Positions 29,581 to 39,643 of a stretch of DNA of 64,000 nt are shown piece by piece (positions within the stretch are counted from its first letter, which is position 1; the number at the start of each line of letters is the position of its first letter). The position numbers and the translations under genes were made by a program. Source of the stretch: an uncultured virus (IMG/VR IMGVR_UViG_3300047377_000579) (Duplodnaviria; Heunggongvirae; Uroviricota; Caudoviricetes). The DNA lies in the IMG/VR virus record IMGVR_UViG_3300047377_000579. The stretch is one strand, 5' to 3'. The notes beneath the pieces are model-generated. The model did no database searches. It had not been told where the DNA came from and saw only the letters and a program-made list of their open reading frames with translations.

Positions 29581-29608
29581 AGTCGGAGGACTAAAAAGTC
29601 CTCCGACT
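29581..29608. other. Perfect 12-bp intergenic hairpin
   Basis: AGTCGGAGGACT-AAAA-AGTCCTCCGACT. Confidence 0.85.
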
Positions 29609-29614
29609 TGTAGT

Positions 29615-29622
29615 TATTTATA
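29615..29622 (-). promoter_or_regulatory. T4-type late promoter
   Basis: Exact TATAAATA, intergenic. Confidence 0.8.
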
Positions 29623-29633
29623 CTAGTTCAATA

Positions 29634-32327
29634 CTAGAATGTACCACCGTCGATTGCTTTAATAGCAATTGCACCGCCGCCGTCAACTTCAAAATCAGAG
29701 TCTGCAAACAATGCAGCACCTCGGACAGACGTGCTAGCAGCAGACTGTCTAATTTGGATTTCGTTGCCAACAACATGTGTACTAATATTTGCTGAAGAAT
29801 GTGTATCAGCAAATGATAGACCACCAGTAGAACCGTCACCGGTACCACCTGCATCGATAGTAAGGGTATCGTTAGTTGATGTAGTAACAGTAATTGCTTT
29901 AGTTGTTACTTCACCACCAGTTACCGTAAAGTTAGCTGTTGCGAATGATGCAACACCTTTGGCTGATGTTGTAGCATCGCCAACAGTTACTGTAGCTGTT
30001 GAACCAGATCCAGAAACACTTACACCTTGCGTAGCATTACCAGTAATAGTAATACCGTGTGAGCTAGGAGTAATAGCATCTGAACCAGCGGTTACCGCTT
30101 TAACAACCGTATCAGCAAGACTTACTGCACCACTTGATACGCCAAAGTCTGCTGTTGCAAAGCTGGCAATACCTTTGTTAGTTGTAGTAGCGTCTTCAGC
30201 ACTGATTACACCAGAACCATCGATATCAATACCTTCACCAGCACTAAAGGCAGCTCTTGCAGCAGCATCTGTGAAGTAAAGATTTGTTGAACCTTGACTT
30301 AGATCATCAGTGGTATGATTACTGATATCAGAAACTGTACCAGTTACGTTACCGGTTACGTTACCTTCAAACGTACCTGCAACCATAGTTGCTGCACTAT
30401 AGCCTGAAGCTGAGATATCAACAACGTTAGCAGAATCTCCGAGGTCCGCATCAGCAACACCATCAAAGATCTTATACTTACCGTCAGTAGCATCACGGAA
30501 GAAACCAGTGTGCTTAACGGCACCATCAGAATACCGACCGATGAAACCAATATCAACCGCGTCAGCAGCTGTATTAGAATCAGCAAGGTGCATCAACGGA
30601 TCAGTAGTTGTGACCGTCTCAGTATTGATAGTAGTAGTTGTACCTTGAACAGTCAGATTACCGCCGACAACAACATCACTAGAAGTATTTACTGTGTTGA
30701 AGATCGCGTCATGCGTATCATCAAGACTGAACTCTTGAGCAGAAGCGTCATAACTGATACCATTAGTACCTGACAGAGCATCTGTAGCTGCTGTAGTTGC
30801 TGCTGGAGTAAATACAAAAGCACCAGTTGATGCTGTGTATGTAAGCGAACCATCACCAGATGCAGATGCTGTTGTTAAGGTAAGTGCATTTCTTGCATCA
30901 CTATCAGCACGAGCTGACGTATAGTACTGATTAGTACCTTCACTTAGATCACTTGTTGATTTACTGCTGAGATCCAGGTTAGCACCTGTAGCACCACTAA
31001 CTGTTGTATCAACATATGCTTTTGTAGAAGCGTGAGCGTTAGCTGATGGAGTAGCAACACTGACTGTTTTACTAGACAGATCCAATGTACTAGCTAATGC
31101 ATCAGCATCGATAGTTCCATCAGTAATTGTTACTGCGCCACTAGTTACTGTAAAGTGGTTAGCGTCGAATGATGCAATACCTTTTTGTGATGTTGAAGCA
31201 TCGTCACCAGTAAATGTTACAGTACCAGCATCTTGTTCTACACTCAAACCAGCGCCTGCAGCGAATGTTATTGTACCACCAAGTGCGATTGACTGTGGTG
31301 TTACCCCGTCTGTTACAGAAATAGCGGAGTTAGCCAACTTACTATTAGCAATTGAACCTGCCAACTGATCGTTAGAAACGCCACCACTCTTGATCGTGAC
31401 TGCACCAGTGTTAACGTCAAAGTCTGCAGAAGCAAACGATGCCACACCAAGTGCGCTTGCAGTAGCTACTGCAGCTGTTACTGTTACTGTGTCTGTTGTG
31501 TCGTCTGTGTTATCAAGAGCAACAGATGCGATACCTGTTCCACCAGTAAACGTCAGAGTATCTGTAAGCAGATTAACTGTAGCAGATGTTGAACCATCAC
31601 CAGCAACACTCATGCTATTTGCAATAGCAACTTCTGTTACTGCTGTTATTTGACCTTTTCTGTTAACAGCAATTTGTGGTACATTAGTAGCATCACCGAA
31701 AGTTCCTGCGCCAGAAGATCCAAGTGTGTCACGGATACCGATAAGAATTTGATTATCTACAGCAGATGTTGTGATATCACCATTTGAGGTATCAGCAGCA
31801 TTAGTAGTAGTTGCAACAAATTCTACGTCAGAGTCTGAAAGATCTACGAGAGATGTTGTAGTACCGTCTGAAAGGTTAATAGTTGAAGCACCAACTTGTG
31901 CGTCGACGTATGCTTTAGTAGCAGCGCCTTGAGCAGTTGTAGGATCAGAGACGTTTAAGATAGCATTGCTGCTCGCGTCAATTGAACCAGTTGGATTTAG
32001 TGTTAAGTTACCAGAACTTGTTGCAATAGTATTACCATCAAGAGTAATATTGTCAACAGTTAATTCTGAGATAGCGTTATTAGCGTCTGTGATAATAGCA
32101 CTAGAAGCAGTCGTTGTACCAGCTGCGTGGTCCAACATATCGGTGAAGTATTTACCACCAATAACTGCTAGGTTTTGGGCTTCGCCACTCTCATTTTCCG
32201 TACCGGTGCCGATATATAAACGGTCACCCCCTGATCCGGAATAATAAGAATAGGCGAGTTCACCAGATCCTAGAGCACTAGGACTACCGGTAACGCCACT
32301 TCTTTTAATTTTGATAATAGATGACAT
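29634..32327 (-). CDS. Tail fibre protein (897 aa)
   Basis: IKIKRS...GELAY N-terminus; 5x A....KG.ASF...F.V..G.V-type repeats; AATKAYVD; C-terminal IDGGTF. Confidence 0.85.
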   Translation of the reverse strand: MSSIIKIKRSGVTGSPSALGSGELAYSYYSGSGGDRLYIGTGTENESGEAQNLAVIGGKYFTDMLDHAAGTTTASSAIITDANNAISELTVDNITLDGNTIATSSGNLTLNPTGSIDASSNAILNVSDPTTAQGAATKAYVDAQVGASTINLSDGTTTSLVDLSDSDVEFVATTTNAADTSNGDITTSAVDNQILIGIRDTLGSSGAGTFGDATNVPQIAVNRKGQITAVTEVAIANSMSVAGDGSTSATVNLLTDTLTFTGGTGIASVALDNTDDTTDTVTVTAAVATASALGVASFASADFDVNTGAVTIKSGGVSNDQLAGSIANSKLANSAISVTDGVTPQSIALGGTITFAAGAGLSVEQDAGTVTFTGDDASTSQKGIASFDANHFTVTSGAVTITDGTIDADALASTLDLSSKTVSVATPSANAHASTKAYVDTTVSGATGANLDLSSKSTSDLSEGTNQYYTSARADSDARNALTLTTASASGDGSLTYTASTGAFVFTPAATTAATDALSGTNGISYDASAQEFSLDDTHDAIFNTVNTSSDVVVGGNLTVQGTTTTINTETVTTTDPLMHLADSNTAADAVDIGFIGRYSDGAVKHTGFFRDATDGKYKIFDGVADADLGDSANVVDISASGYSAATMVAGTFEGNVTGNVTGTVSDISNHTTDDLSQGSTNLYFTDAAARAAFSAGEGIDIDGSGVISAEDATTTNKGIASFATADFGVSSGAVSLADTVVKAVTAGSDAITPSSHGITITGNATQGVSVSGSGSTATVTVGDATTSAKGVASFATANFTVTGGEVTTKAITVTTSTNDTLTIDAGGTGDGSTGGLSFADTHSSANISTHVVGNEIQIRQSAASTSVRGAALFADSDFEVDGGGAIAIKAIDGGTF

Positions 32328-32659
32328 TAGAAAAAGCCTCCGTCTGAATGTATCTTAGCGGGTTTAGTTTTAAATCTAGATTCGTCTTTACTCGCAATAA
32401 ACTTTCCATTGTCAGAATCATACTGTAAAAGGCCGCCTTCTTGAAGACTCACTAAGTCAATATCTGAAAGATTATTCAATGATAATTTACCTAAGGACAG
32501 ATTACCGCTTCCGTCCGTTTTTACAACATCTGATGCATCACCATCAGATGTTGGGTAATTTAGTCCTGACGCCGATAAGGTGCCAGAAATTACTGCCGAG
32601 TCGGCTACTTCAAGTCCACTTTTTACTACAAAATTTCTTTTAGTGGTTGCCATTACCAA
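32327..32659 (-). CDS. Short fibre-associated protein
   Basis: NFVVKSGL, YPTSDG...KTDGSGNLS, L..LSD..L...G.LLQYD fibre motifs; C-terminal DGGFF. Confidence 0.7.
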   Translation of the reverse strand: MVMATTKRNFVVKSGLEVADSAVISGTLSASGLNYPTSDGDASDVVKTDGSGNLSLGKLSLNNLSDIDLVSLQEGGLLQYDSDNGKFIASKDESRFKTKPAKIHSDGGFF

Positions 32660-32683
32660 TTCCTCGAACTGAATTCTTGATAG

Positions 32684-32691
32684 TATTTATA
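32684..32691 (-). promoter_or_regulatory. T4-type late promoter
   Basis: Exact TATAAATA, intergenic. Confidence 0.8.
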
Positions 32692-32709
32692 AAGATTCTC
32701 ATTTCAATT

Positions 32710-33603
32710 TTAATCGTCAATAGTAATTCTTTTTGCTTTTATTCCCGTGTTTGTATACGCAGGAGAAACTGTTAGACTAATATTATTTCCTACTTTTGTT
32801 GCAGAGAAGTCTCCTAATGATGAGTCGGTTTGCACAACTGCATACTCAGTAAAGAAAACATCAGTATCGTTGTGTGTTAAAAGAATTTCAGTAGAGTGAT
32901 ATTTAAAATCAGAATCGTGTTCTAATTGAATAATGTATTTACACGTTCTTGCACTATCCATGTGGAACGTATCGATAATTTGATCGGCGCTAGCAGAAGT
33001 CAAATCAGAATCAACAGTGTTGGCGACATTACTTGCTAAAGCGGCTTGAACTTCAAGGTTACCTACACCTAAGGTTCCTACATATCTAGCGCCTACGATA
33101 TAGATTACATTACTTGTTCCTGTTCCAATATCAGACGGTAAATTGTCACCAATAAAGTTAAGAACACCAGCAGAATAATCAAAATACCATTCATCATCGT
33201 TACCAGATCCTCCACCAAATAGTCGATCACCAGTTGTTTCTGGATTCGATGTCCCAGCTGGCGCAGCATACACACTAATTAAATATGAAGCTCCGAATTC
33301 TGGAGGAATCCAATTTCCAAGTCCTGTTAACCATGTTCTATTATTAGATGCTGTATTATCTTCAGTTGTTTGGACCGTGTTATTAGTGCTATCGCTATAT
33401 ACAGTAACGTAATCATTACTCGTAGAAGGTTTAACTCCTGGAATTGAATCAGCTTCGTTCCAAACAGTATCTCCTCTAACTAGTGCAGGACTTGCAATAG
33501 CCTCGTTTGATGCCGCTTTATTGTTATTAACATCAGTCTTAGCAACTCCAAACGCAACCTTTTTGAAGAGTAGGTCTAGTTTCTGATCATCTGAAATAGC
33601 CAT
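32710..33603 (-). CDS. Virion structural protein
   Basis: MAISDDQKLDLLFKK N-terminus; C-terminal IDTF...RTCKYIIQ...TEYA domain seen in T4-like structural proteins. Confidence 0.7.
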   Translation of the reverse strand: MAISDDQKLDLLFKKVAFGVAKTDVNNNKAASNEAIASPALVRGDTVWNEADSIPGVKPSTSNDYVTVYSDSTNNTVQTTEDNTASNNRTWLTGLGNWIPPEFGASYLISVYAAPAGTSNPETTGDRLFGGGSGNDDEWYFDYSAGVLNFIGDNLPSDIGTGTSNVIYIVGARYVGTLGVGNLEVQAALASNVANTVDSDLTSASADQIIDTFHMDSARTCKYIIQLEHDSDFKYHSTEILLTHNDTDVFFTEYAVVQTDSSLGDFSATKVGNNISLTVSPAYTNTGIKAKRITIDD

Positions 33604-33612
33604 TGTTTATCC

Positions 33613-36600
33613 TTATGAGATTCCGAGTGAAGTGATACTTTGACCAGAAGTCAAAGCTATTCTAACTAAACATACGTTATTGGTTGAACTTGACATATTT
33701 GCTGTACCTAAGTTCATACGATAGCTACCGCTAAGACTTGTATTAGTAGCTATTTTATCTGAACCAGTTTTTGCAACACCGTTAGATCCATTACCGCCTG
33801 TTCCGGCACCAGGTAAACCTACACCGTTATAAACAATATTAGTATCTAGCCAGCCATTAAGAGTAGATGATGTATCTGTATTTGCTCCTGGTAATGCTAT
33901 CCAACAGCCTGCAATTCCTGATGACGTAATATCAATATTGAATTGGGCGACACCTGCGCGCTGGAACGCAAAAGTAAAGTACTGTGTACCAGTATCACTA
34001 CTTCTATCTGGACCAGCTGGCACCATATTTGTTGAATAATCAGTTACATCATAATTAATTTCTCCGTCGATATTAACACCGGCTTCTTTAGTTCCTCCGC
34101 TTCCTCCAGGGATTTCAGACAGGTTATCGTAAACAGATGAACCATAAAAGTTTGTAGAACTAGTGTATGATGGATTATCAGTAGTATCTGCGCTAAAGGC
34201 TCTAGAGCGAATTCCGTTATTAGTGTATGTGCCATTGCCTAATGAATTAGATACACTAATATCAGTTTCATTAATACCAACAATCGATGAAGTGTTATAT
34301 ACTCTGATTGAAGCTGGATGAGACGAGTACGAAGAAATTCCATTAACATTTCTAGCGCGTATTTTAATATTACCTACAGCTCTTGTATTACTATTAAAGC
34401 TAGGTATAGTTACTGTATTTAATACATAATTACTAGAGTTACCAATATTTGCAAATGGTGATGAATTATACATTTCAGTATTGCTTACAATATTTAAATA
34501 CGTATAATCAGTATTAGGCACAACAGCGCCACTAGTACCCTCTTGATTTGTATCAAAATCAACTTCTAAAATATTAGTTTGATTTGTGTAACATTGAGTT
34601 GTTAATCTTCGTACTTGAATTCCTTGCACAGTCATGCCGGAAGAACTTCCGCCGTTAATATATGGTACTCCCCCAATATATCTACGTGCACTTGTAGAAA
34701 CTTCACTAACTCCGCCAGTATTTTCTATTGTAACCACATTGCCGGAATCTTTAACAAAGTTAGCTCTATTAGAGGTTTCTATTAATCCATCCGGTACACC
34801 AAAGTTGTTTTTAGCTGTAACTTGATTTAGTCCAGTAGCTAAATCATTCGGATCACCTTCTACTCGTAAGTTATATACTTTATAAAAATGACTAGGAACA
34901 GTAGCGTCTGCACCGTGCATATCTCTTTGTTCTACAATGCGTAGCTGATTGTAAAGACCTGTTTGAGACAAAGTAGTGTCGGTAGTTACGTTTCCTATGT
35001 CTTGCTGAGCACCACCATTAACGTACCTAAATGCTCCAACAAAACCACCGTTCTGATGATCAATATTTGTTAGGTCATTAGTTTGCCAATTTTGTGTTGT
35101 GATACGCGTAAAGGTACCACTACCAGTATTTTCTAAATTCTGACCAATTAAATTAGTTTGGCCACCGTTATTAGTATAGTTATAACATAAACGTGGGAAC
35201 GTGCCGGTGTGTGATGTCGCAATCGATAGCGACTTAGTATTAATTTTAGTAGGCGCTGTAGGAACAACTTTTACTGTAAAAGTATCTGAAGCTGAATCGG
35301 TCTGAGAAATAGTATCAGGAGTAGCAGAAGCAGTAAGAGTTATATTTTTTGTACCCGCTCCTCCTGTCCAACCACCAGAACTATATGTAATAGTAGTAGA
35401 GTCAGCCGCAGTAGAAGTGACATTTTCACTATTGTTAAAATTAATAGAGTTATTTCCGGAATTTTGACATGATACAATTGCTGATATACGGGTTCTATCA
35501 GCACCATTTAAGTCGGTAAATGCGCCGCCAACCGAACTAATATATACCGTTTTATCATCATCATTACTACCATCACTTACAGTCGGAGCTCTTGCAGTTA
35601 CTCCAGCAACTACTTTTGGCTCTGTAAATACTGATAATGTACCAGAAGTAAATGGACTTGAGCCGTGATTAGTAATAACTTCGACGTAATTATCTATTTG
35701 TCGTGTGACACCATTTGCTTGATTACTTGACGTAAGTGGGAATGATTTAGCTACATAATCACCAATGTCTCCATCTTGACCGGATCCTACATTTGCAGTT
35801 GTTGTCGTACCATCTCCAAAATAATGTTTGATTTGATTTCCGAATGTGGAGTGTGATCCTAAACCTGTTAAACCAGTGCTGTTTAATAAAAATTGATGAT
35901 TAGTACCATTTACTACACGAACTGCTTGTGCAACATAACTAGGCGTAGGCATATCATCATAAATTTCAAAGGTATCACTTGTATCAACACCACCAGAAAT
36001 AACAGTAGGATCTGCAGTTGTGTGTGCTGTTAATTCTAACTGAGTTGTCCGTTGGACATCTGTATTTGTTGATGCTGTAAACGTATGAGCAATCCTTGAA
36101 CCAGTTACACCACCTGCCGCATTGTCGCTATCGATAATATTGTCTGATGAACCATCACCCCATGTCCAGCGATATGTGACATCAGCCATAGTTGTGTTAG
36201 TTGTACTATTTTCAAAGTATACAGTATCACCATCCTCCCAGAATGAGATAGGTGAACCACCTGTTGGAGCTGCATATACATTATAGTTTGCCACTGGATC
36301 TGCTGTGTAAATAATAATATATCCAGTTCTCACAAATGATGCTTCTGATCCAACTCCAGATCCGCTAGTATTGTATGCTCTTACAGTAACTGTAAATGGT
36401 GATCCAGTATTAGATGAATACGTATGAGTAGGAGTGCTATCAGTAATATTATTGTCTTGACTACTATCTCCCCAATCTACATCAAATCTATTAGCATTTC
36501 CATCTACTGAAATATTGAGTGTAACACTTAATCCTTCACCACCAGCAAGAGGCGAACCTGTAAATGTATTACCTCTTACAAATGTATTATTACTTACGTT

Positions 36601-38019
36601 CAGCATTGCTTCGTTTAATTCATCAATAGCATCTACAATCTTTGTATCAGATGTTAATGTTTGAATAGCACCGTCTGTTAATGCACCATCAGTTACATTA
36701 CCTAATTTAAGAACCCCTGCTGCTTGTCTTGCTGCAACATAGTCAGAATCAATAAGAGCAGCTGCAATAGCTTCAACTTGTGCAGAATCTGTACCAGGTG
36801 CTTGTCTAGCTATAATATAATCTGAATCAATAAGTGTACTTACACGAGTATTTGTATAATAAAGATTAGTAGATCCTTCAGTTACATCATCAGTTGTTTT
36901 AGTACCTAATGCGCTATCAAACCGAGTATCAAAGTCTGCAGCTGTTAATTTAGTAGCAATTAAATTATTAAGAGTATTAAAAGCATTTGAGTCGTCGTTA
37001 AGCGCAGCTGCTAACTCATTCAGAGTATCAAGCGCACCAGGAGCTCCGTCAATTACGCCATTAACAGCAGAGTCAATTAGACGAGCAGCTTCAGCAGAGT
37101 CAAGTAGAATATTACTTGCAAACTGCTCAATTTGAGTTTGTGTCCAAGTTCTTGCAGCTACGTATGCAGAATCAATTAATGCAATAGTCTCGGCCGAATC
37201 TAAAAACGCAGTCGTATCAAGTCTAGCATTTACATATGCAGAATCAATTAATGCAATAGTTTCTGCAGAATCAAGAGATACAGCTCTTGCAAACGCTTCA
37301 ATATCTGACTGTGTGAATGTTCGTGCAGCTACATAGTTAGAATCAACTAGTGATATGGTTTCTGCAGAATCAAGAAATAAGGTTGTATCTAATCTTGCAT
37401 TAACATATGCCGAGTCAACAAAGTCGAATATGTTACTAGAGGATACAGAGGAATCTAATAGTGCTATTTTACCTAAAGTAGACTGTATTGCTCCATTTGC
37501 ATCTAATGAAAATACTTTGACAACATTATTGTCAGTACCAATTGCTGCATCACCAATGTAAAGTGTGGTACCAGATAGATATAGATCTTTAAATCTCTTA
37601 CTCGCTGTGCCTAATGATGATCCGCTATCGGCAGCAGGAACTAAGTTACCGGTAAAGACTGTATCTCCACCGCTATCTCTTAGATTTTGAATATTAGATG
37701 CGCGAGCAAGAATATAATCTGAATCGATTAGCGCAACCGCTTCAGCCGAATCAAGAAATTTAGTAGTGTCTAAAAGATTATTGATATAGTTAGAATCAAT
37801 AATAGCTTGGATCTCTGAAGAATCTACACCACCAGTTGCGATTAATTGGTTAATTTCAGCAGAGTCTAATACATTTGGTGTATTAGTAAAATTTGTATAG
37901 TCTAAATAATATGATGGAGGATTACTAGCTAATTGGCTGGCATTTCCGACTGATGTTGCGTCAACACTTTTAATAGGACGTCCGACAACAATTTTTTTGA
38001 TAACAGTTTTTCTAGCCAT
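33613..38019 (-). CDS. Large virion protein with DS-repeat stalk and PKD-like domains (1468 aa)
   Basis: Tandem DSAE...IDS.YV repeats, APGALDTLNELAAAL, then WGD/WGDG/FGDG PKD-like motifs. Confidence 0.8.
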   Translation of the reverse strand: MARKTVIKKIVVGRPIKSVDATSVGNASQLASNPPSYYLDYTNFTNTPNVLDSAEINQLIATGGVDSSEIQAIIDSNYINNLLDTTKFLDSAEAVALIDSDYILARASNIQNLRDSGGDTVFTGNLVPAADSGSSLGTASKRFKDLYLSGTTLYIGDAAIGTDNNVVKVFSLDANGAIQSTLGKIALLDSSVSSSNIFDFVDSAYVNARLDTTLFLDSAETISLVDSNYVAARTFTQSDIEAFARAVSLDSAETIALIDSAYVNARLDTTAFLDSAETIALIDSAYVAARTWTQTQIEQFASNILLDSAEAARLIDSAVNGVIDGAPGALDTLNELAAALNDDSNAFNTLNNLIATKLTAADFDTRFDSALGTKTTDDVTEGSTNLYYTNTRVSTLIDSDYIIARQAPGTDSAQVEAIAAALIDSDYVAARQAAGVLKLGNVTDGALTDGAIQTLTSDTKIVDAIDELNEAMLNVSNNTFVRGNTFTGSPLAGGEGLSVTLNISVDGNANRFDVDWGDSSQDNNITDSTPTHTYSSNTGSPFTVTVRAYNTSGSGVGSEASFVRTGYIIIYTADPVANYNVYAAPTGGSPISFWEDGDTVYFENSTTNTTMADVTYRWTWGDGSSDNIIDSDNAAGGVTGSRIAHTFTASTNTDVQRTTQLELTAHTTADPTVISGGVDTSDTFEIYDDMPTPSYVAQAVRVVNGTNHQFLLNSTGLTGLGSHSTFGNQIKHYFGDGTTTTANVGSGQDGDIGDYVAKSFPLTSSNQANGVTRQIDNYVEVITNHGSSPFTSGTLSVFTEPKVVAGVTARAPTVSDGSNDDDKTVYISSVGGAFTDLNGADRTRISAIVSCQNSGNNSINFNNSENVTSTAADSTTITYSSGGWTGGAGTKNITLTASATPDTISQTDSASDTFTVKVVPTAPTKINTKSLSIATSHTGTFPRLCYNYTNNGGQTNLIGQNLENTGSGTFTRITTQNWQTNDLTNIDHQNGGFVGAFRYVNGGAQQDIGNVTTDTTLSQTGLYNQLRIVEQRDMHGADATVPSHFYKVYNLRVEGDPNDLATGLNQVTAKNNFGVPDGLIETSNRANFVKDSGNVVTIENTGGVSEVSTSARRYIGGVPYINGGSSSGMTVQGIQVRRLTTQCYTNQTNILEVDFDTNQEGTSGAVVPNTDYTYLNIVSNTEMYNSSPFANIGNSSNYVLNTVTIPSFNSNTRAVGNIKIRARNVNGISSYSSHPASIRVYNTSSIVGINETDISVSNSLGNGTYTNNGIRSRAFSADTTDNPSYTSSTNFYGSSVYDNLSEIPGGSGGTKEAGVNIDGEINYDVTDYSTNMVPAGPDRSSDTGTQYFTFAFQRAGVAQFNIDITSSGIAGCWIALPGANTDTSSTLNGWLDTNIVYNGVGLPGAGTGGNGSNGVAKTGSDKIATNTSLSGSYRMNLGTANMSSSTNNVCLVRIALTSGQSITSLGIS

Positions 38020-38030
38020 TTTTTATCCTA

Positions 38031-38381
38031 TTAAGTTACAGATGGAGTAACGTGAATTCGTCCTTCAAGAATTCTTTCTACAATAGGATTTCCATCGCTA
38101 TCATTAAAAGAAATTTCGGTATCGAATACATAACGACCAGCTTTTATTGTATCGGTAAGAGTATTAGTCATAGTTAAGGTAAGTATACCTTGTGTTGCGG
38201 GGTCAGCTATAATAGCAGTAAAAGCATAAGTGTTGTCACTGTCGCTATTAAAGCTCTTTTTCATTTTTGCTGAGCCAGTGTGTCCAGACAAGTCTTTAAT
38301 GCTTCCATCATCATTATTGAGATGTAGCTCGAAGGCGACGTCTGAGCCCTTGTCTATTGTGAGTTCTTCGTATCTAGCCAT
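38031..38381 (-). CDS. Small virion structural / fibre attachment protein
   Basis: LTIDKGSD...DLSGHT...GRYVFD...RILEG pattern of T4-like structural proteins. Confidence 0.7.
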   Translation of the reverse strand: MARYEELTIDKGSDVAFELHLNNDDGSIKDLSGHTGSAKMKKSFNSDSDNTYAFTAIIADPATQGILTLTMTNTLTDTIKAGRYVFDTEISFNDSDGNPIVERILEGRIHVTPSVT

Positions 38382-38410
38382 GAAATAAACCTGTTAATAA
38401 AACTTTACTG

Positions 38411-38418
38411 TATTTATA
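38411..38418 (-). promoter_or_regulatory. T4-type late promoter
   Basis: Exact TATAAATA. Confidence 0.75.
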
Positions 38419-38434
38419 AAAAGTCTGTTGTAGC

Positions 38435-38442
38435 TATTTATA
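38435..38442 (-). promoter_or_regulatory. Second T4-type late promoter box
   Basis: Exact TATAAATA, 24 nt from the first. Confidence 0.6.
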
Positions 38443-38479
38443 CATAGTAGTATGATATATAATGACGTGAGGTCGTAGA

Positions 38480-39643
38480 ATGTTTGACGAAAAAAATTTG
38501 TGTAAGGCTCCATATATGGGGTTTGTTGTTAACCCTCGAGGAAATATTGCTCTTTGCTGTATGTCTGGTGATTTCCCTCTTGCATCTATTAATGAAGTAG
38601 ATAATCTTACAGATTACTACAACACTGAAGAATTCGAGCAATATAGAGAAATGTTTCAGTCAGACGCTTGGAGAAACGGTAAAAATTGTCGTGACTGTCA
38701 AAATGAACCAGATGAAGATTCCCATAGAATAGTTGTAAAAAATAAAATACATTCACCTAACTTAATTCGTGATAGAAAATTGATGCTTGAAGGTAAAAAA
38801 GCTCCTATAAGAGCTTTAGAAGTAACTTCAAGTAACATATGTAATCAAAATTGTTCTACTTGTTTTCCTGGGTTAAGCTCTAAATGGAATGAACTTGCTA
38901 AACATCTTGGCCAATCGGTAATGCCTATTATTAAATTAACTGACGATAATTTAAATAAAATTATTGAAGCAATGCCTAGCTTGGATAGATTTGAATTAAA
39001 GGGCGGAGAACCATTTGCTGATAAAAATAATATTATGTTACTAGATAAACTATCACAAGTTAACAATCGCTGTACAGTTGTTATTGTATCTAACTTTCAA
39101 ACCATACCTGATAAGTTTATGGAAATACTTAAAAGATTTGGTGATAGATTAGAAATGTCAGCAAGTATAGACGGCACTAATAAATTATACCATTGGATTA
39201 GAAGTAGTCCTTGGGAAAAAACTATTTCTACTATGGAAAAGTTTTATAAAGAAACAAACGTAAAAATTACAATCAATACATGTGTCTCAATTTATAACTT
39301 TTTTAATCTTGACGACATCATTGATTATTTTAAAGATAAAGAATATGTAAGGTGGATTACTCTTAACAACAAAGTGTTGCATCCCTTAGCATGTAATCCC
39401 AAGTATATACCTTATGAAATGTTGGAAGATAAATTAAACGAATACTTTATTAAATATGGTAATGAAGATAAAATAGATTTAGATGTAATCTATAATTTGG
39501 AATATGAAGAGCCTGATGCTGTAATAAAATCTCAAGTACTTATGCGACTATTTGGTATAGATGATTACCGAGGTTTTAAATTATTTGATATTGTTCCTAA
39601 GTTGAAAGACATAGAAAAAGAGTGGTTTAATGAAATTAATTAA
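38480..39643 (+). CDS. Radical SAM enzyme with N-terminal SPASM/twitch-like Cys domain
   Basis: CNQNCSTC (CxxxCxxC), GGEPF, SIDG; N-terminal C...CC...CRDC. Confidence 0.92.
   Translation: MFDEKNLCKAPYMGFVVNPRGNIALCCMSGDFPLASINEVDNLTDYYNTEEFEQYREMFQSDAWRNGKNCRDCQNEPDEDSHRIVVKNKIHSPNLIRDRKLMLEGKKAPIRALEVTSSNICNQNCSTCFPGLSSKWNELAKHLGQSVMPIIKLTDDNLNKIIEAMPSLDRFELKGGEPFADKNNIMLLDKLSQVNNRCTVVIVSNFQTIPDKFMEILKRFGDRLEMSASIDGTNKLYHWIRSSPWEKTISTMEKFYKETNVKITINTCVSIYNFFNLDDIIDYFKDKEYVRWITLNNKVLHPLACNPKYIPYEMLEDKLNEYFIKYGNEDKIDLDVIYNLEYEEPDAVIKSQVLMRLFGIDDYRGFKLFDIVPKLKDIEKEWFNEIN

Noticed and set aside
21715..38019. DS motifs as acyl-carrier phosphopantetheine sites (GxDSL)
   Set aside because: The residue after Ser is almost never Leu, spacing is too tight for ACP folds, and no PPTase or synthase is visible. 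Helix N-capping remains a live alternative for the repeat copies.
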